DNA of 63,938 bases, the filler included, from Collodictyon triciliatum (lineage: Eukaryota): assembly GCA_043381765.1 (NCBI GenBank). It is 8 parts of 8 records of this genome, joined end to end, with 100 filler letters (N's around TTAATTAATTAA, not from the genome) between each part and the next. Parts side by side here need not be neighbours in the genome. Positions count along the whole stretch, not along the records: positions 9,147 to 18,181 come from JBHJMP010003187.1; positions 18,282 to 27,318 come from JBHJMP010003188.1; positions 27,419 to 36,454 come from JBHJMP010003189.1; 5 more parts are not named here. One strand, given 5' to 3'. Numbering within the stretch: the stretch's first letter is position 1; every line of letters begins with the position of its first letter. Below the pieces are notes generated by a model that saw only the letters and a program-made list of their open reading frames with translations, ran no database searches and was not told where the DNA came from. Positions 16,099-27,973 of this stretch are shown in pieces. The position numbers and the translations under genes are program-made.

Positions 16099-17411
16099 TC
16101 ATCCATCCTGCTGCTGGTCGTCTTCACCACCGTGTGACTCGTTCTGTTCATCATCCAGCTCTGAAAATCCAAGCAGCTCATTCAACGAAACATGCTCCCT
16201 GTTGAGTGAAAATAAAAATATTATTTTTTTTTTAACAAAATAAAAGGATTACGGCACTTTGAGTTTTTTTTGTTTCATCATTCAAAAAAAAGAGGGGAAT
16301 AGAATAAATAAAAATGAAAAAAAAAAAAGACTGTTTGTACAAGAAATGACCACCGCTATATCTTCCACACAATATAAATATGCATCTCCTCTTTATCTTT
16401 GCCCCTTTTTTTTTCTAAAAAAATAATAAAAAAAAAACTGCAAAAAGAAAAAGACAATTACATGCCAAAGCGCTGGGTGGCCCCATCCAAGGACGCCATC
16501 TGCAGGGGCCAAAGAGAGGCAGGGAAGCAGGACATCTCCACGCGGCGCGCAACCTTTGGAGGCGGCAAACCGGCATCACAAGGAGGATCCTCCGGGCGAT
16601 GAGGATCCAGACGCGCAACACAATCGCGAGGAGAGCGCATCCGCCGCATCCGCACATGGGCCCTTGGAGGCAGGAAGTCGCCCCGCAGAAGCGCCTCTGC
16701 CTCTGCATCTACATCTACTGCATCTACTGCATCTACTGCATCTACTGCATCTACTGCATCTACTGCATCTACTGCATCTGCATTACCATCTACATCTGCT
16801 GCATCTGCATTACCATCTACATCTGCTGCATCTGCCGCTACAGCGTCCCACAGACGCGGGCGCTTCGGCTGCAGCTCCGGCACCGGCGCGCAGGGGATGC
16901 GGTCGATCAGGGTGCGCAGGCAGGTTGCCGTGTCGCAGCCGGCCGCACGCAGGCGTTTGATCTCCCCGTAGAGCAGCGCCGCCCAGCGCTGGGTGTGTGT
17001 GCGCAGCGGCACGTCGCGGGGGAAGGAAAGCGCCCGTCCAAGCGCCGTGTTTGGCCGTCCACTCGGCTCGCCGCCCGCCGCCGGTCCGCCCTCGCCAGGG
17101 CACAAGTGCCGCACGAGCCGCTGCGTCCCGGCCCGTCGCTGCAGCGCCGATCGCGGCTGTGTGGAGCAGAAGCGGCCGACGGCGCGGTGGAAGTCCAGCA
17201 GGCCGGACTGAGTCTCGCTGGACAGCCGCCTGCAGGTTGGAGTTGGAGTTGGAGTTGGGGTTAGAGTTGGAGTTGGAGGAAAGGTTGAAGTTGGGGTTGG
17301 AGGAAAGGTTGGAGGAAAGGCAGGCCTGAGGAGGCGGCGTGGAAGGAAGCTCAGGCTGCGGGGTGTTGGGTTGAATCCTGCGCGAGTGGGCGGCGGAGTG
17401 TCTTCGTCCAT
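16099..17411 (-). CDS. hypothetical GC-rich two-exon protein with PT repeats and (DAV)n coding minisatellite
   Basis: ATG at 17411 (MDEDTPPP...) opens ~950 nt. GT donor at ~16460 joins the AG acceptor at ~16199, giving ...QRFGM|EHVSLNELLGFSELDDEQNESHGGEDDQQQDG-TGA. No family recognised. Confidence 0.55.
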
Positions 17412-18281
17412 CGCTGCTGATCGGTTCTGTGTCTGATGGGGCTGCGTTGGGGTGCCGTGTGAGGATGTGGGGTGATGTGGTTTCGAGCAGGAGTGAAGAA
17501 AAGGGGTGGGGGTGGAGTGGATGTACGCAACCGGATGTTTGTAGAAGGAGTGAAAGCATGAATGAAAAAGAGAAACAAAGGAATGCGCCTTTTCAAAGTT
17601 TATAGGGAAGAAAGATTGCAGAGCTCGGCAGGAAACACACGACCGACAGGAAGAGAAAGTGAGCACGCAACAGGTTTCATTCGTTTTGCGAGATAAAGAG
17701 ACAAACTCATATTTGTGTGTCGAGCAGCTGAATGAATGGAAGGTAGATGCTGCTAATTAGAGTCGCTGTTGAATGATGAATGAGGATAGGGGCTTCAATG
17801 GGGAACCGAGCAAAGGAATGCGATGCAACGTCAACCACCTAGCTGATGCACTCGTTAGACATCTGAGCAAACACGCACCAATTAACAATCACCTTTCTCC
17901 ATCTGAGCGATGGTTTGTTGTTAAATGGTAAGTTGCGATTGCTCTGTAATAAGATAATCATAAAATAATTCTTGCGCATCACGGAGCTAAAAAAGCGGTT
18001 ACAAAGTGGGTAGGAAGACAAACGAAAAGTATATTTTCTCTGTTGCGTATTGAACCAAAACTCAAACTCAAACATACACAAAAAATCATGCAATAATAGG
18101 CAATATCTAAGAAGATAAAAAGAAAATAAAAATATTGCACTGTAAATCCAATTAAACAGGATGGTATTATTTCATCCACCANNNNNNNNNNNNNNNNNNN
18201 NNNNNNNNNNNNNNNNNNNNNNNNNTTAATTAATTAANNNNNNNNNNNNNNNNNNNNNNNNNNNNNNNNNNNNNNNNNNNN

Positions 18282-18380
18282 TACATACATACATACATAC
18301 ATACATACATACATACATACATACATACATACATACATACATACATACATACATACATACATACATACATACATACATAC
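18282..18380 (+). repeat. (ATAC)n microsatellite at block start
   Basis: Visible tandem repeat. Confidence 0.95.
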
Positions 18381-18559
18381 AGATTGCAAAGATGTTTGCC
18401 GAGGCCACAAAGTCTAACGGGAGCAACTCTGTTGATTTAAATGCGTTTCTGCAAGTGGCATTCAAGCATGGAATAGGCGCTATGAGCAGACAGGAAGAGT
18501 CTTACACTCCCGATGTAAGAAGCCTATCGCCTACGCGCCTTGTGGTTCCTCTGTGCCGT

Positions 18560-19111
18560 TTGAAAACACATATACTCCACATGTGGTTGTGATTGGTGAT
18601 TACAAACTGCAAATAGGTTCTCCAGCAACTGAAAAAAAGCTGGAGGCTTCTGGCCGTCCAAGTGGATAAAGAGCTATCACTTCTTCCTCCAACACCGAAT
18701 CTACAGATGACAAGACTGGCAAACAATCTAAAATCTTCCACCACACGATTCAACAAGGCATGTGGTTTCATCTTAATACGATATATGTGTTGTCTAATAC
18801 CTTTACAATCTGTGTACAAATTCAACTACTTGAAGGAAAAGGGGGAAAAAAAAAAAGACAAGGAAACCATCTGATGAGAAAACGACTAAAACATTGTGGA
18901 AAAAACAAAAACAGGAGCTTGAAACCTCGCGTAATGTGGCAAACATCGAGCGGCTGTTTAAGAAGGTGGTTGGAGACTTAATCTTTGTTCGTCGAGCGCG
19001 AATGGTGGTGTGATAAAGGATTGATGAATCATGGCTCGCTTTATCGTGGTGAATATGTGCGGCCTCGTTGATGTAACCGCAATCGGAATGTCCATTTATA
19101 ATCAAGGACAT
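18560..19111 (-). mobile_element. degraded Ty1/copia RNase H-domain relic
   Basis: Minus-strand fragments IINGHSDCGY...KASHDSSILYHTTIRARRTKIKS, LYTDCKGI and YLQFVITNHN lie in the order of copia RNase H motifs GYSDADW...RKS...W.SKKQ / (Y)xDNxxAI / LxYVxTxxNxAD. Broken by A-tracts. Confidence 0.42.
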
Positions 19112-19434
19112 GGAGCAGATGAGAAAATTTTACGAGCAACTAAAAAAAAAGAAAGGAAAAGAAGAGGAGATATGCCTCTTTGTCAACGGCCAGACTGCCT
19201 TTTCATTTGTCTTTATCCCATATCCTACCATCCCTTCCTTAATTCCTGTGTTTCATACCTAAGAAAAAAAAGAAATGGAAAACAATATGTCAATCTTTGC
19301 CATTGACAAATAAATAAATAAAAAAGATTGAGACGATCAATCACGTGATGCCACTTTCACAACGTTGAAGCAATACAAACCTCTCATTTTTTGGGGGGAA
19401 AAAAAAAAGGGAGAAACAACTACCGATGATGCTG

Positions 19435-22400
19435 CTACATCCCGTAGATAACGAGCAACTTTGCTACTTTGTATAGGACTTCCATATCGGTTTCTGATTG
19501 TATCATCTTCATGATTCCTCCTGCCTCTTGCATGCGATTGAAAAGCTCGCGGACTCGGGTGTCCTGGAGGATTGAAGGGGCGTCCGTCTTGACCCACTTT
19601 TCTTGTGGCGGTCGCCTAATATGGCAGAGAACAACATCGAATGAGACTCGCAAGCGGCAATATTTGCTGCGTATGCGCAAGGAAATCATATTGGTTTGGC
19701 CTATACTTCAATTGGTCGGGTTTGATTTGAGACAGCGTTTGCGTCAGGGCAATCTTCATGTAATAGATGACGTCGAGTCTAAACGCAAATAAGTGTGTTG
19801 GTGAGAAAAATAAAAAACAAAAGTGATTGATAATATATGTTATCCATGTCACGTCCATCAGTTTCTCTTCGATGGTGGGTTCAAATCATGTCAGACGCTT
19901 ACTTTGGGTCAAACTCAAAACACTTCATATAGGCAAGCATGGCATCGCGGAATCGGTCAAAGTTTAGGTCCACATGGCCTTTGGCCTCCCAAATGAGTCC
20001 GTCTTTTGGGTCATACGAGATTGCTTTTTTAAGGTCTTGCTCCGCTTCCTCGTACCTTTCCTCGCCAATCAAGCATGAAGCGCGATTAGAGTAGATTTTG
20101 GCCTTATTTTGGTATTCTTGTTCCACCTCGGGAAAGTGCTCGTTGTGGAGATGTCGCGCTGCTTTTGCGTAAGAGTCAATCGCTTCCTTTGCCTGCAAGA
20201 TTTTGTTTCAACATTTTAAACTTAAAACAAGACTAAAATTAAGAGTTCATTTATGGATGGCAAGTATCCTGCTTTAGTGAAAAGCTAAAGATTTTGGTTA
20301 TTCCGTATATAATTTTTTTCTTATCTTACATAAGGACAAAATAAAAAAAGGGGAAGGAAGGAGAAAGGAAGGAAGAATAGACAAAGAGTGATGAGACAAA
20401 CCATCTTCATAGTCATGTATCGATCTCCATTTGAGTGCTCTTCTCGTACCTCAAGGAGCAGCTAAGCGATTTGATTTGAATACATGTATTTCGAGATAGA
20501 TAGCATGAATGAATAGGATTAGGCATGAAGGCTAGGATAATGCTGGAAAAAGAATATCAGCGCAAGGCTGAGTGTTAATTCAGTTCTAAATACCTTCTCA
20601 ATCAATCGCCTTCTAAACGAATCGTTTGCATACTTCACCATTCCTTTAAGCGCCTCAAGTTCGGCTGGCTCCATTCCTGTCAATGAGTCCGCGTGCTTTC
20701 GAGCGAATTCGAAGCTGTCCATAGCGTCGTCTTTGCTACGTGCGTTTGTAACGAAAATTAAACAGAGGAACAAAATATTCCTTTTCTGTATGGAGCATGA
20801 TATTAGAAGGCCTCGCGCTTCATTAATTATTATTAGTAGTAATATTATGATGATTATTTTAAATCAAGAAAGAATCAACAAAGGAGGAAAAGCTATACAC
20901 GTCGTTGTCAAATTGGGCCCGGCATTTGAGAGCGTGGGCCATTACAAGCACTTCAAGCCCCCGTCCTGATTTTGTTTGCTCTTCATCCAGGCCTTTGAGA
21001 ATTTCGATGGCTTTATTGGTCTCTGAAGTGCATATGGAGAGGTTCCTCAGTTCGTAATTAGCGGCAGCTTTCAAATTGAGGATGTGACTCGTTTCAATCG
21101 GCTCTGTCGCTTTTTTTAGGGCTGTATCAAAAGCTGTCGATGCATCTCGGAAAAGCTTTCTGATATTATCAGAGAAAACGTAAGTTAGAAGTACGTGGAA
21201 TCGGCTTCTTCAAGTCAGTTCCTTGATATTTCCAAGAATCAAGTAGCTCATCTAGTGTGCTCAATAAAAAAAAAAATTGTTTCTTGGAATATAATAAACC
21301 AACTCAAATGTCATCTTGATTCGTCTTATTCACATCAATTTTATTTCATTAATATTCTATTAAGCTGAATCGAATAAAGGGAAAAAACCTTCTATTAAGC
21401 TCCAGTCCGACTTCCTTGTCCTTGTCACTGGGCTATATTGGGTCGATTGTTTATGAGAATAATGTAGATTCCAGAATACATCAGATTTCTACTTTAAGAT
21501 ATATGTGCGGGCAAGTTGTGAAGTCTAGCATCTGCCTATCATGTCTCCTTTTCTTTTCAAAGGAATAAGCATATGAATATTGAAATAAAACAAAAGCGTT
21601 TACTTTCTCTGCAGTAAGAGCTCCGGATGATATTCTGGTTTCGATCAACAATCGGATGGCCTCAGGGTCAGTTGGGTTCTCGCCCAAAATACTATGTTTA
21701 TATGAATAAATCTGTTTTCATATAGTTTCTTCCTGGCGTATAATCAGTCAATAAACACAAGAGTGCATTGAAATGTCACAAAATTTTCCAAAATGCTACA
21801 AAGCTGCAACATATGAAACATATGAAACATGCCTGTCAAGATATTTGGCAGCTAGTTCTCCTTTTCCAAGCTTAATAAATGCTGAGCAGAGGTTTTTCTC
21901 CAGGTCAGTCTTATAAAGATCGAATAATAGAAAAGAAGAAAAGAGAGAAGATCGTGAGTGATTTGCAATGATAATACCTTTTGAAACAATGAAGCATCGA
22001 GTTCAGAATAAGGAAAGTAAATTGAGATATTTGAATCATTAATAATCACTACATGTAATTGCTCTTCTAGTTGGACTCACCTTGTATTTTTTGAGCTCTT
22101 TCCTCTCCTTTTCTATGAGGGTGGGGGTTAAATCTTCTTTCTTAAGGGTATCCACAAGACTCTCAAAAACATCAGTTCCTTCAGTAATCAGGCTTTGGTG
22201 CTCATTCATTTTGTAAAAATTCTGGCACCGAATGAACTGCATCGAGTAATACATGAAAGACGTTCTGCTTGGAATAACATCAATGCAGCTATTTGCAATT
22301 TCGAGCGATTGTTTGTAGTTTCCTTTTTTCATTTCATCCTAATACCATATATTAGAAAAAATGTATTAAAATCATCAAAGTTGTTTAAAAGAAAACATTT

Positions 22401-25400
22401 TCTCCGCTTTAAATAGGAAGAGGAAGAAAAGAAGAAGGTGAAAAGAAACAAAACAGAACGGAAGACATCGCAATAACATATATCGAAACGTGTCTTCCAT
22501 CTTTCAAGAAACTATGGATTCATTATTCATAGATAACTACCTGTGCTTTCTTTTTGGAGACCTCTAATCCTACGATTAGCTTCGCTTTATCATACGCGCC
22601 TTTCAGTTGTATGTATTCATTTTGGACCTATGAGACCATTTAATGGTTTACAAAAAACAATAAAATAAAAAAATGCAAATAAGATGGCAATTTATATGAT
22701 CATAGAATTTTTATCAGCCAACATATCCGCAATGATGATGCCAGTAATAGTAATAGTAATAGTAATAGTAATAGCAATAATAAGAAAAAGAAAAGAAAAG
22801 AAAAAACAATGTCCTCAATGGGACTTACTTTAAGTATTTCTAAGATTCCATCTGTGTTGACTTCTCTCAAATATGACATCGCTTTCTATGCGATGGGGCA
22901 TACAGGAAAAAAGAGTTAATTTTCCTACGGCAACTGATCATACACAGAAATTATTTCAATAAAACTTCAAAGATAATTAGGAAAAGTACTTCAAAGCTTT
23001 TTACAGCATCATCCCATTTTCCTTTCTTAGCCTGTGCATCTCCTTTGCGATTGTAAAGCTTCGATAGGAGTGGGAAGCACGCGATAGACTGTTGGATAGG
23101 ATAGAACGGAACGCATGGATAGGGTACCGTCCCGAATCCTTGCCCAGAAGAAACTCCTTCTTCGATACCTCTATCACAATCTGCTATGGCCTCTTCGAAG
23201 CGACCAAGCTTTGCGTATGTAAGGGCGCGATTGCTCAGAACGGCACAATTTTCAGGGTCTTGTGAGAGTGATTCTGAGTAGTACTAGGGAGAAAACGTTG
23301 TCTGAATTTTCATACTTACCTCTTTGAATAAACTTGATTAAAATATAAAAGTGTAATAAATGCTCGTATCGATTAGTAAAAAAGAATATCGATCAAGTGG
23401 TGATCAAAAATACTCTCAGAGCCTCCTTCCAATTGTTCTTTTTGAACTCAGTATTTCCTTTCTCGCGGAGTTCGTTGGCCTATTGCAATCAATATAAGGT
23501 GATGAATTAAACCAGTAGCTATGTATAATTTTTTAATCTGGAATAAAAATATTGGCCATTCGCTACGAATGAATATGCTGTGCGGTAGAGATTTGGAGGA
23601 AAAGGACAAAGAAAAACACGGAGCAATTTTCTTGACGGAACATATAAATAGTCGATAATCGATGACGCAAACCTTTCGAATCGACAATCTATTAGCTTCG
23701 TGAGATTCAGCTGCCTATAAATGTGAGTACGGTTTTTGATATTAGAACATATTAGGTCTGCTACGCATGTGGTCTATCAGTCCAAAAATGCAAAGTCAAA
23801 TATGAAAAGAAAAATAGGAAAATAAGATAAGAAAGGATTTTTTCCTTTATTCGATTCAAGTGAAGGAAGGGTTTTTAGATTGTTATTTTTTCAGTCTGGG
23901 GTAGTTGTATGCGCAAGATAAGAAAGGATAAATAAATGACTTCAAAGTTCAGAGAGATATGCATATCGGAAAAAATCAATAAACCTCGTTTTGTGGGGTT
24001 AAAATTAGAAGATTGAGTTTTGGCTTACTTCCTCTGGGGTGTAGTAGCGGAAGATTCGGGCGGAACCGTCTTTAGAAGACGTCAAAATACCCGTTCGACC
24101 AGCTGTCACAGCAGTCACCGCATCCAAATTTCCAGAAAAATTCCGACTTGTCACTTGTTTGCCAATCATCCAACTCATGGTTGATCCGTCCTGATGGCCA
24201 GTAATCAAAACCCTTTAAAGAGACGAAAAAGATGAAAAAAAAGGGGGGAATTAAGAGGGGAATAAACAAGGAACTGGACGAGATAAGATGTCATGTGATA
24301 TCATCAAAATATAGGAAGTGTTTTCGCGCTACGTTATCAGGGCTGTAATACAAATGAAGGCGATTTTTGGTCAAATAATATTTATTGAAATATGAGCATA
24401 TTAAAACAAAAAAGGAGAAATACCTTCGCCCAATATTTTGCGGAGTTAGACGTATTCCAGCAGATGTGATAATGTTGCTTGTTTGGTTAGATTTCAGACT
24501 CTCTGCGTCATGGTTCAAAAAACTAATCCTGGTAGTATATAAAAGGGTAAGGATGCTTCATTTACACACAAAAAAAAATATATACATAAGACATGGAATC
24601 GAATAGACAAAAAGGAAATAAACCTCGAGTTTCCAGTGGTTGCAGATGGGCCCACTGTAGATATGATAATGGTTGTGCAGCCTACAACAAACAGGGCCGT
24701 ATAGTTGACATTCCATTCACTTTCTGCTGAGGAACCTTTTTCTCTGATATCGAAGGTTTGATAACAAAGTATCTGCCCGTTGATAACCGAAACTATAAAC
24801 AAATGGATTGTGCTGTTCTCTGACATCACGGCGAATGCCAGTCTCGTTGGATTATTTTCAAAAAAGTGGACACCGACTGGTTTAACAGAATGTTTTTCCA
24901 CAGGGTTAGGACACTCTTGAACTTGTGCAGATTTCAAAGTTTGCTGCATATCACGAAATCGGGTCAATATGTTGCTTAAGAATACATCCCGTGAATTAAA
25001 GACACCCCAAGTTGCAGGTTACATACACATATGTTTTCGAAAAAAAAATATAGAACTAAGACCATATAGAATGGGACAGCGCTATTATTCTTATGTTTTT
25101 CTTCCCTTTTTGTATTAAGGCTGAATCATGTATGATTTACATGTTTATATATGTATGTAATCGAAAAATTAAAAAAAAATAGATGTATATAAGAAAATAT
25201 GTACGGTAGTAAATCCTCGGTTTTGGACTTCTACAGAGTATATCGAGAGCTTTCCGTCATCGGTGAGCACTGCAATCAAATTTCCGCAAGTATCCATCTG
25301 ACTAACTCCAACCTTTTTGTGATAAAATATTTAAAATAAGTACTCATTACTTAGATTATTGCTGAGGAAAGAAGGGTACAAATGTCTGTCGAGACAGATA

Positions 25401-27061
25401 AAATATTGCTTAAAGTATCCGATTTGAAACAATAGAATAATCAGATATATTAATCATATCATGGAATACGGGAAATATTGCGATTGGTACCTTAAACTTG
25501 TCAACAACGTGTGGAGGTTTCTCTAGGTTAGATGGGTCATATATATGAATGTGTCCATTTGCTCCCGCAGAGACAATGAAAGTGACTTTGGTCTCGGGGC
25601 TAACTTCCCCCAATAGAACGGAGGGACCAGCATCGTGGAGATTGAACTCTATTACTTTCGCGCTATAAATTCCGCCCTTTGTGACATATTGATCCACAAG
25701 TTAGTATATCTTGGTGACAAAAAATATGTAAAAATAAAATAATGAATAATTAAATAAAGGTAAGTTGAGTGGGAATCTCATGAAAAGGTCATGGTCAGTA
25801 AAATAAGTAAATATATTTTTTTCCTTTATTCGATTCAAAGAAGTAAATATATAATATAAAAAGGGATATTGCGACAATAAAGAAAAATTGAAAGGAAACA
25901 AACTTCGTGAGCAAGAATTTTCTGATTAACAGCATAGGAGAAATCACTTTTTCCATATGCGCTTTCGAATGGCGTGTCCGTTTTCTCCCAGAAAATCAGA
26001 TAGCCATCTTTGCTTGCAGTGACAACTCCTTTGTTAAGAGAGGAATGCAACGAGACGAATGGGAGATGAATTATAGAGACCACAGGCTGAAGGGTTGAAA
26101 ATTTAAAATCAGTGATGCATTCTTTAAAATACAAGTTGAACGATATGGCATGTGTAAGTGACTTGAAATGAATGTGCGCCAATAAAGCAGATGATTCTCA
26201 ACAAATATAATTGACTTTTGGTGGGTCATTGGCACAGTACATATATTCCACCTTCGAATTAAAAGAAAAGAAAAGAAAAGAAAAGAAAAGAAAAGGACTT
26301 GCCTCCTGGTGTTCCTTAAAATATCCCACCAATGCACGAGTCGATCCACACATAATACGTACTCCTGTATAAATCGCACATGACATACATAAAAGAAAAT
26401 CGGCAGTAGATGCAATTTGTTTGAATCCATACAGAAAATAAGAGAAACAAATTCTCTATTCAAAACGCATGTTGGGTACTTCAAGATATAGATACATATC
26501 GTTTCATGACTAATTTGAGGTAAGGTTATTTTTCTCTATTGAAAACAAACAACCGGGATATAAAATATAGTAACCCATCAAAATAATAACCACAGCAGGT
26601 GACAGGATAGTTTGTTGTTGTTGTTTAACAAATTGAAAAATAATGAACGGATACATTAATGGATATTCTCCACAACGCGAAATAAAGACTCGAATGGCGA
26701 AATGCACCCCAAAATATTGAAACAAACCTCCGTTTTCCTCGCCTCCAAAAATCATGTCGTCTGGCTCGTAGAAGGCGATGGAGCAGAAACTAGATCCAGT
26801 CACCCACAACTCTTCGGCGATGTGGCAGTTCATAGAGTTCCATTTTGTCTCAAGGGAATCGCTATTGTTGTGTGCATTAGCATGCTTTATCAAAGGTTTG
26901 AAAAGTCGAGTCACATATGTACACAGATATGATGTCGGCAGAATAGGGTAAAGGCACATATGTTCCTATACAAAAGGTACGGGCTTATACACACAGCCCC
27001 AACAGATGAAAAAAAAAAAGGTACTCACTTGCTCCGGACCATTTCGTAGTTTTCCTTGGCT
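19435..27061 (-). CDS. WD40-repeat + TPR (Hsp70/90 clamp type) + STI1/DP-like C-terminus protein; 5' end truncated by block boundary (~22 exons)
   Basis: WD40 exons (IFGGEENG|GVRIMCGSTRALVGYFKEHQE|PVVSII...VTASKDGYLIFWE; ITGHQDGSTMSW...LTSSKDGSARIFRY) splice in phase to TPR exons (ANELREKGNTEFKKNNWKEALR|YYSESLSQDPENCAVLSNRALTYAKLGRFEEAIADCDR; KIYSNRASCLIGEERYEEAEQDLKKAISYDPKD). Ends ILQDTRVRELFNRMQEAGG...KVAKLLVIYGM. Confidence 0.75.
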
Positions 27062-27418
27062 CTACTGCTTATCTTTAGCCTTTCCTTTTCTTCCTTTTTC
27101 TTCTTTTTCTTTTTTGTTTCTTTTTTGGTTCTTTTTTGGTTCTTTTTTGGTTCTTTTTTGGTTCTTTTTTGGTTCTTTTTTGGTTCTTTTTTGGTTCTTT
27201 TTTGGTTCTTTTTGGTTCCTTTTTGTTTCTTTTTTTGTTTCTTTTTTGTTTCTTTTTTGTTTCTTTTTTGTTTCTTTTTTGTTTCTTTTTTGTTTCTTTT
27301 TTGTTTCTTTTTTGTTTCNNNNNNNNNNNNNNNNNNNNNNNNNNNNNNNNNNNNNNNNNNNNTTAATTAATTAANNNNNNNNNNNNNNNNNNNNNNNNNN
27401 NNNNNNNNNNNNNNNNNN

Positions 27419-27509
<91 letters not shown>

Positions 27510-27520
27510 TAATAATAAAT
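27419..27520 (+). repeat. (AAT)n microsatellite at block start
   Basis: Visible trinucleotide repeat. Confidence 0.95.
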
Positions 27521-27973
27521 ACTGTCTTTTACATCAATAACAGACTAGCAGTAAGAAGCATTCACGAAGCAATATGTTTTTCCATAGTTTATTCTCAGCT
27601 CTGTCAAACAATCTTTCAAATGCATAAAGGAAATGCCAAAATATGAAAGGGGGTTGATTTCCTTGATTATTATCCTCTTTTTTTCATTATTATCGCACGC
27701 ATCGGCACCCCATTCCCCTCCTCCCCTTTACGGCATTATCATCTTGCACTTTGAACCGAATTAAAGTATAAAAAAAATTATAACTAAGGTACGTCACTTC
27801 AATTGGATGTTTCTTTTAATTATTGTGCTTTTTTTTTTTTGTCTAAAAGATAAACGTTTTTTTTTTTATTTTTACTTTTATCATTATTATAAATTTCGTG
27901 TATGCATGATGGTTGGTGACCGAGAACTTCACTTTGTACGGGGTGAAAGTTTGCATTTTTTGTAGATGTCTTT

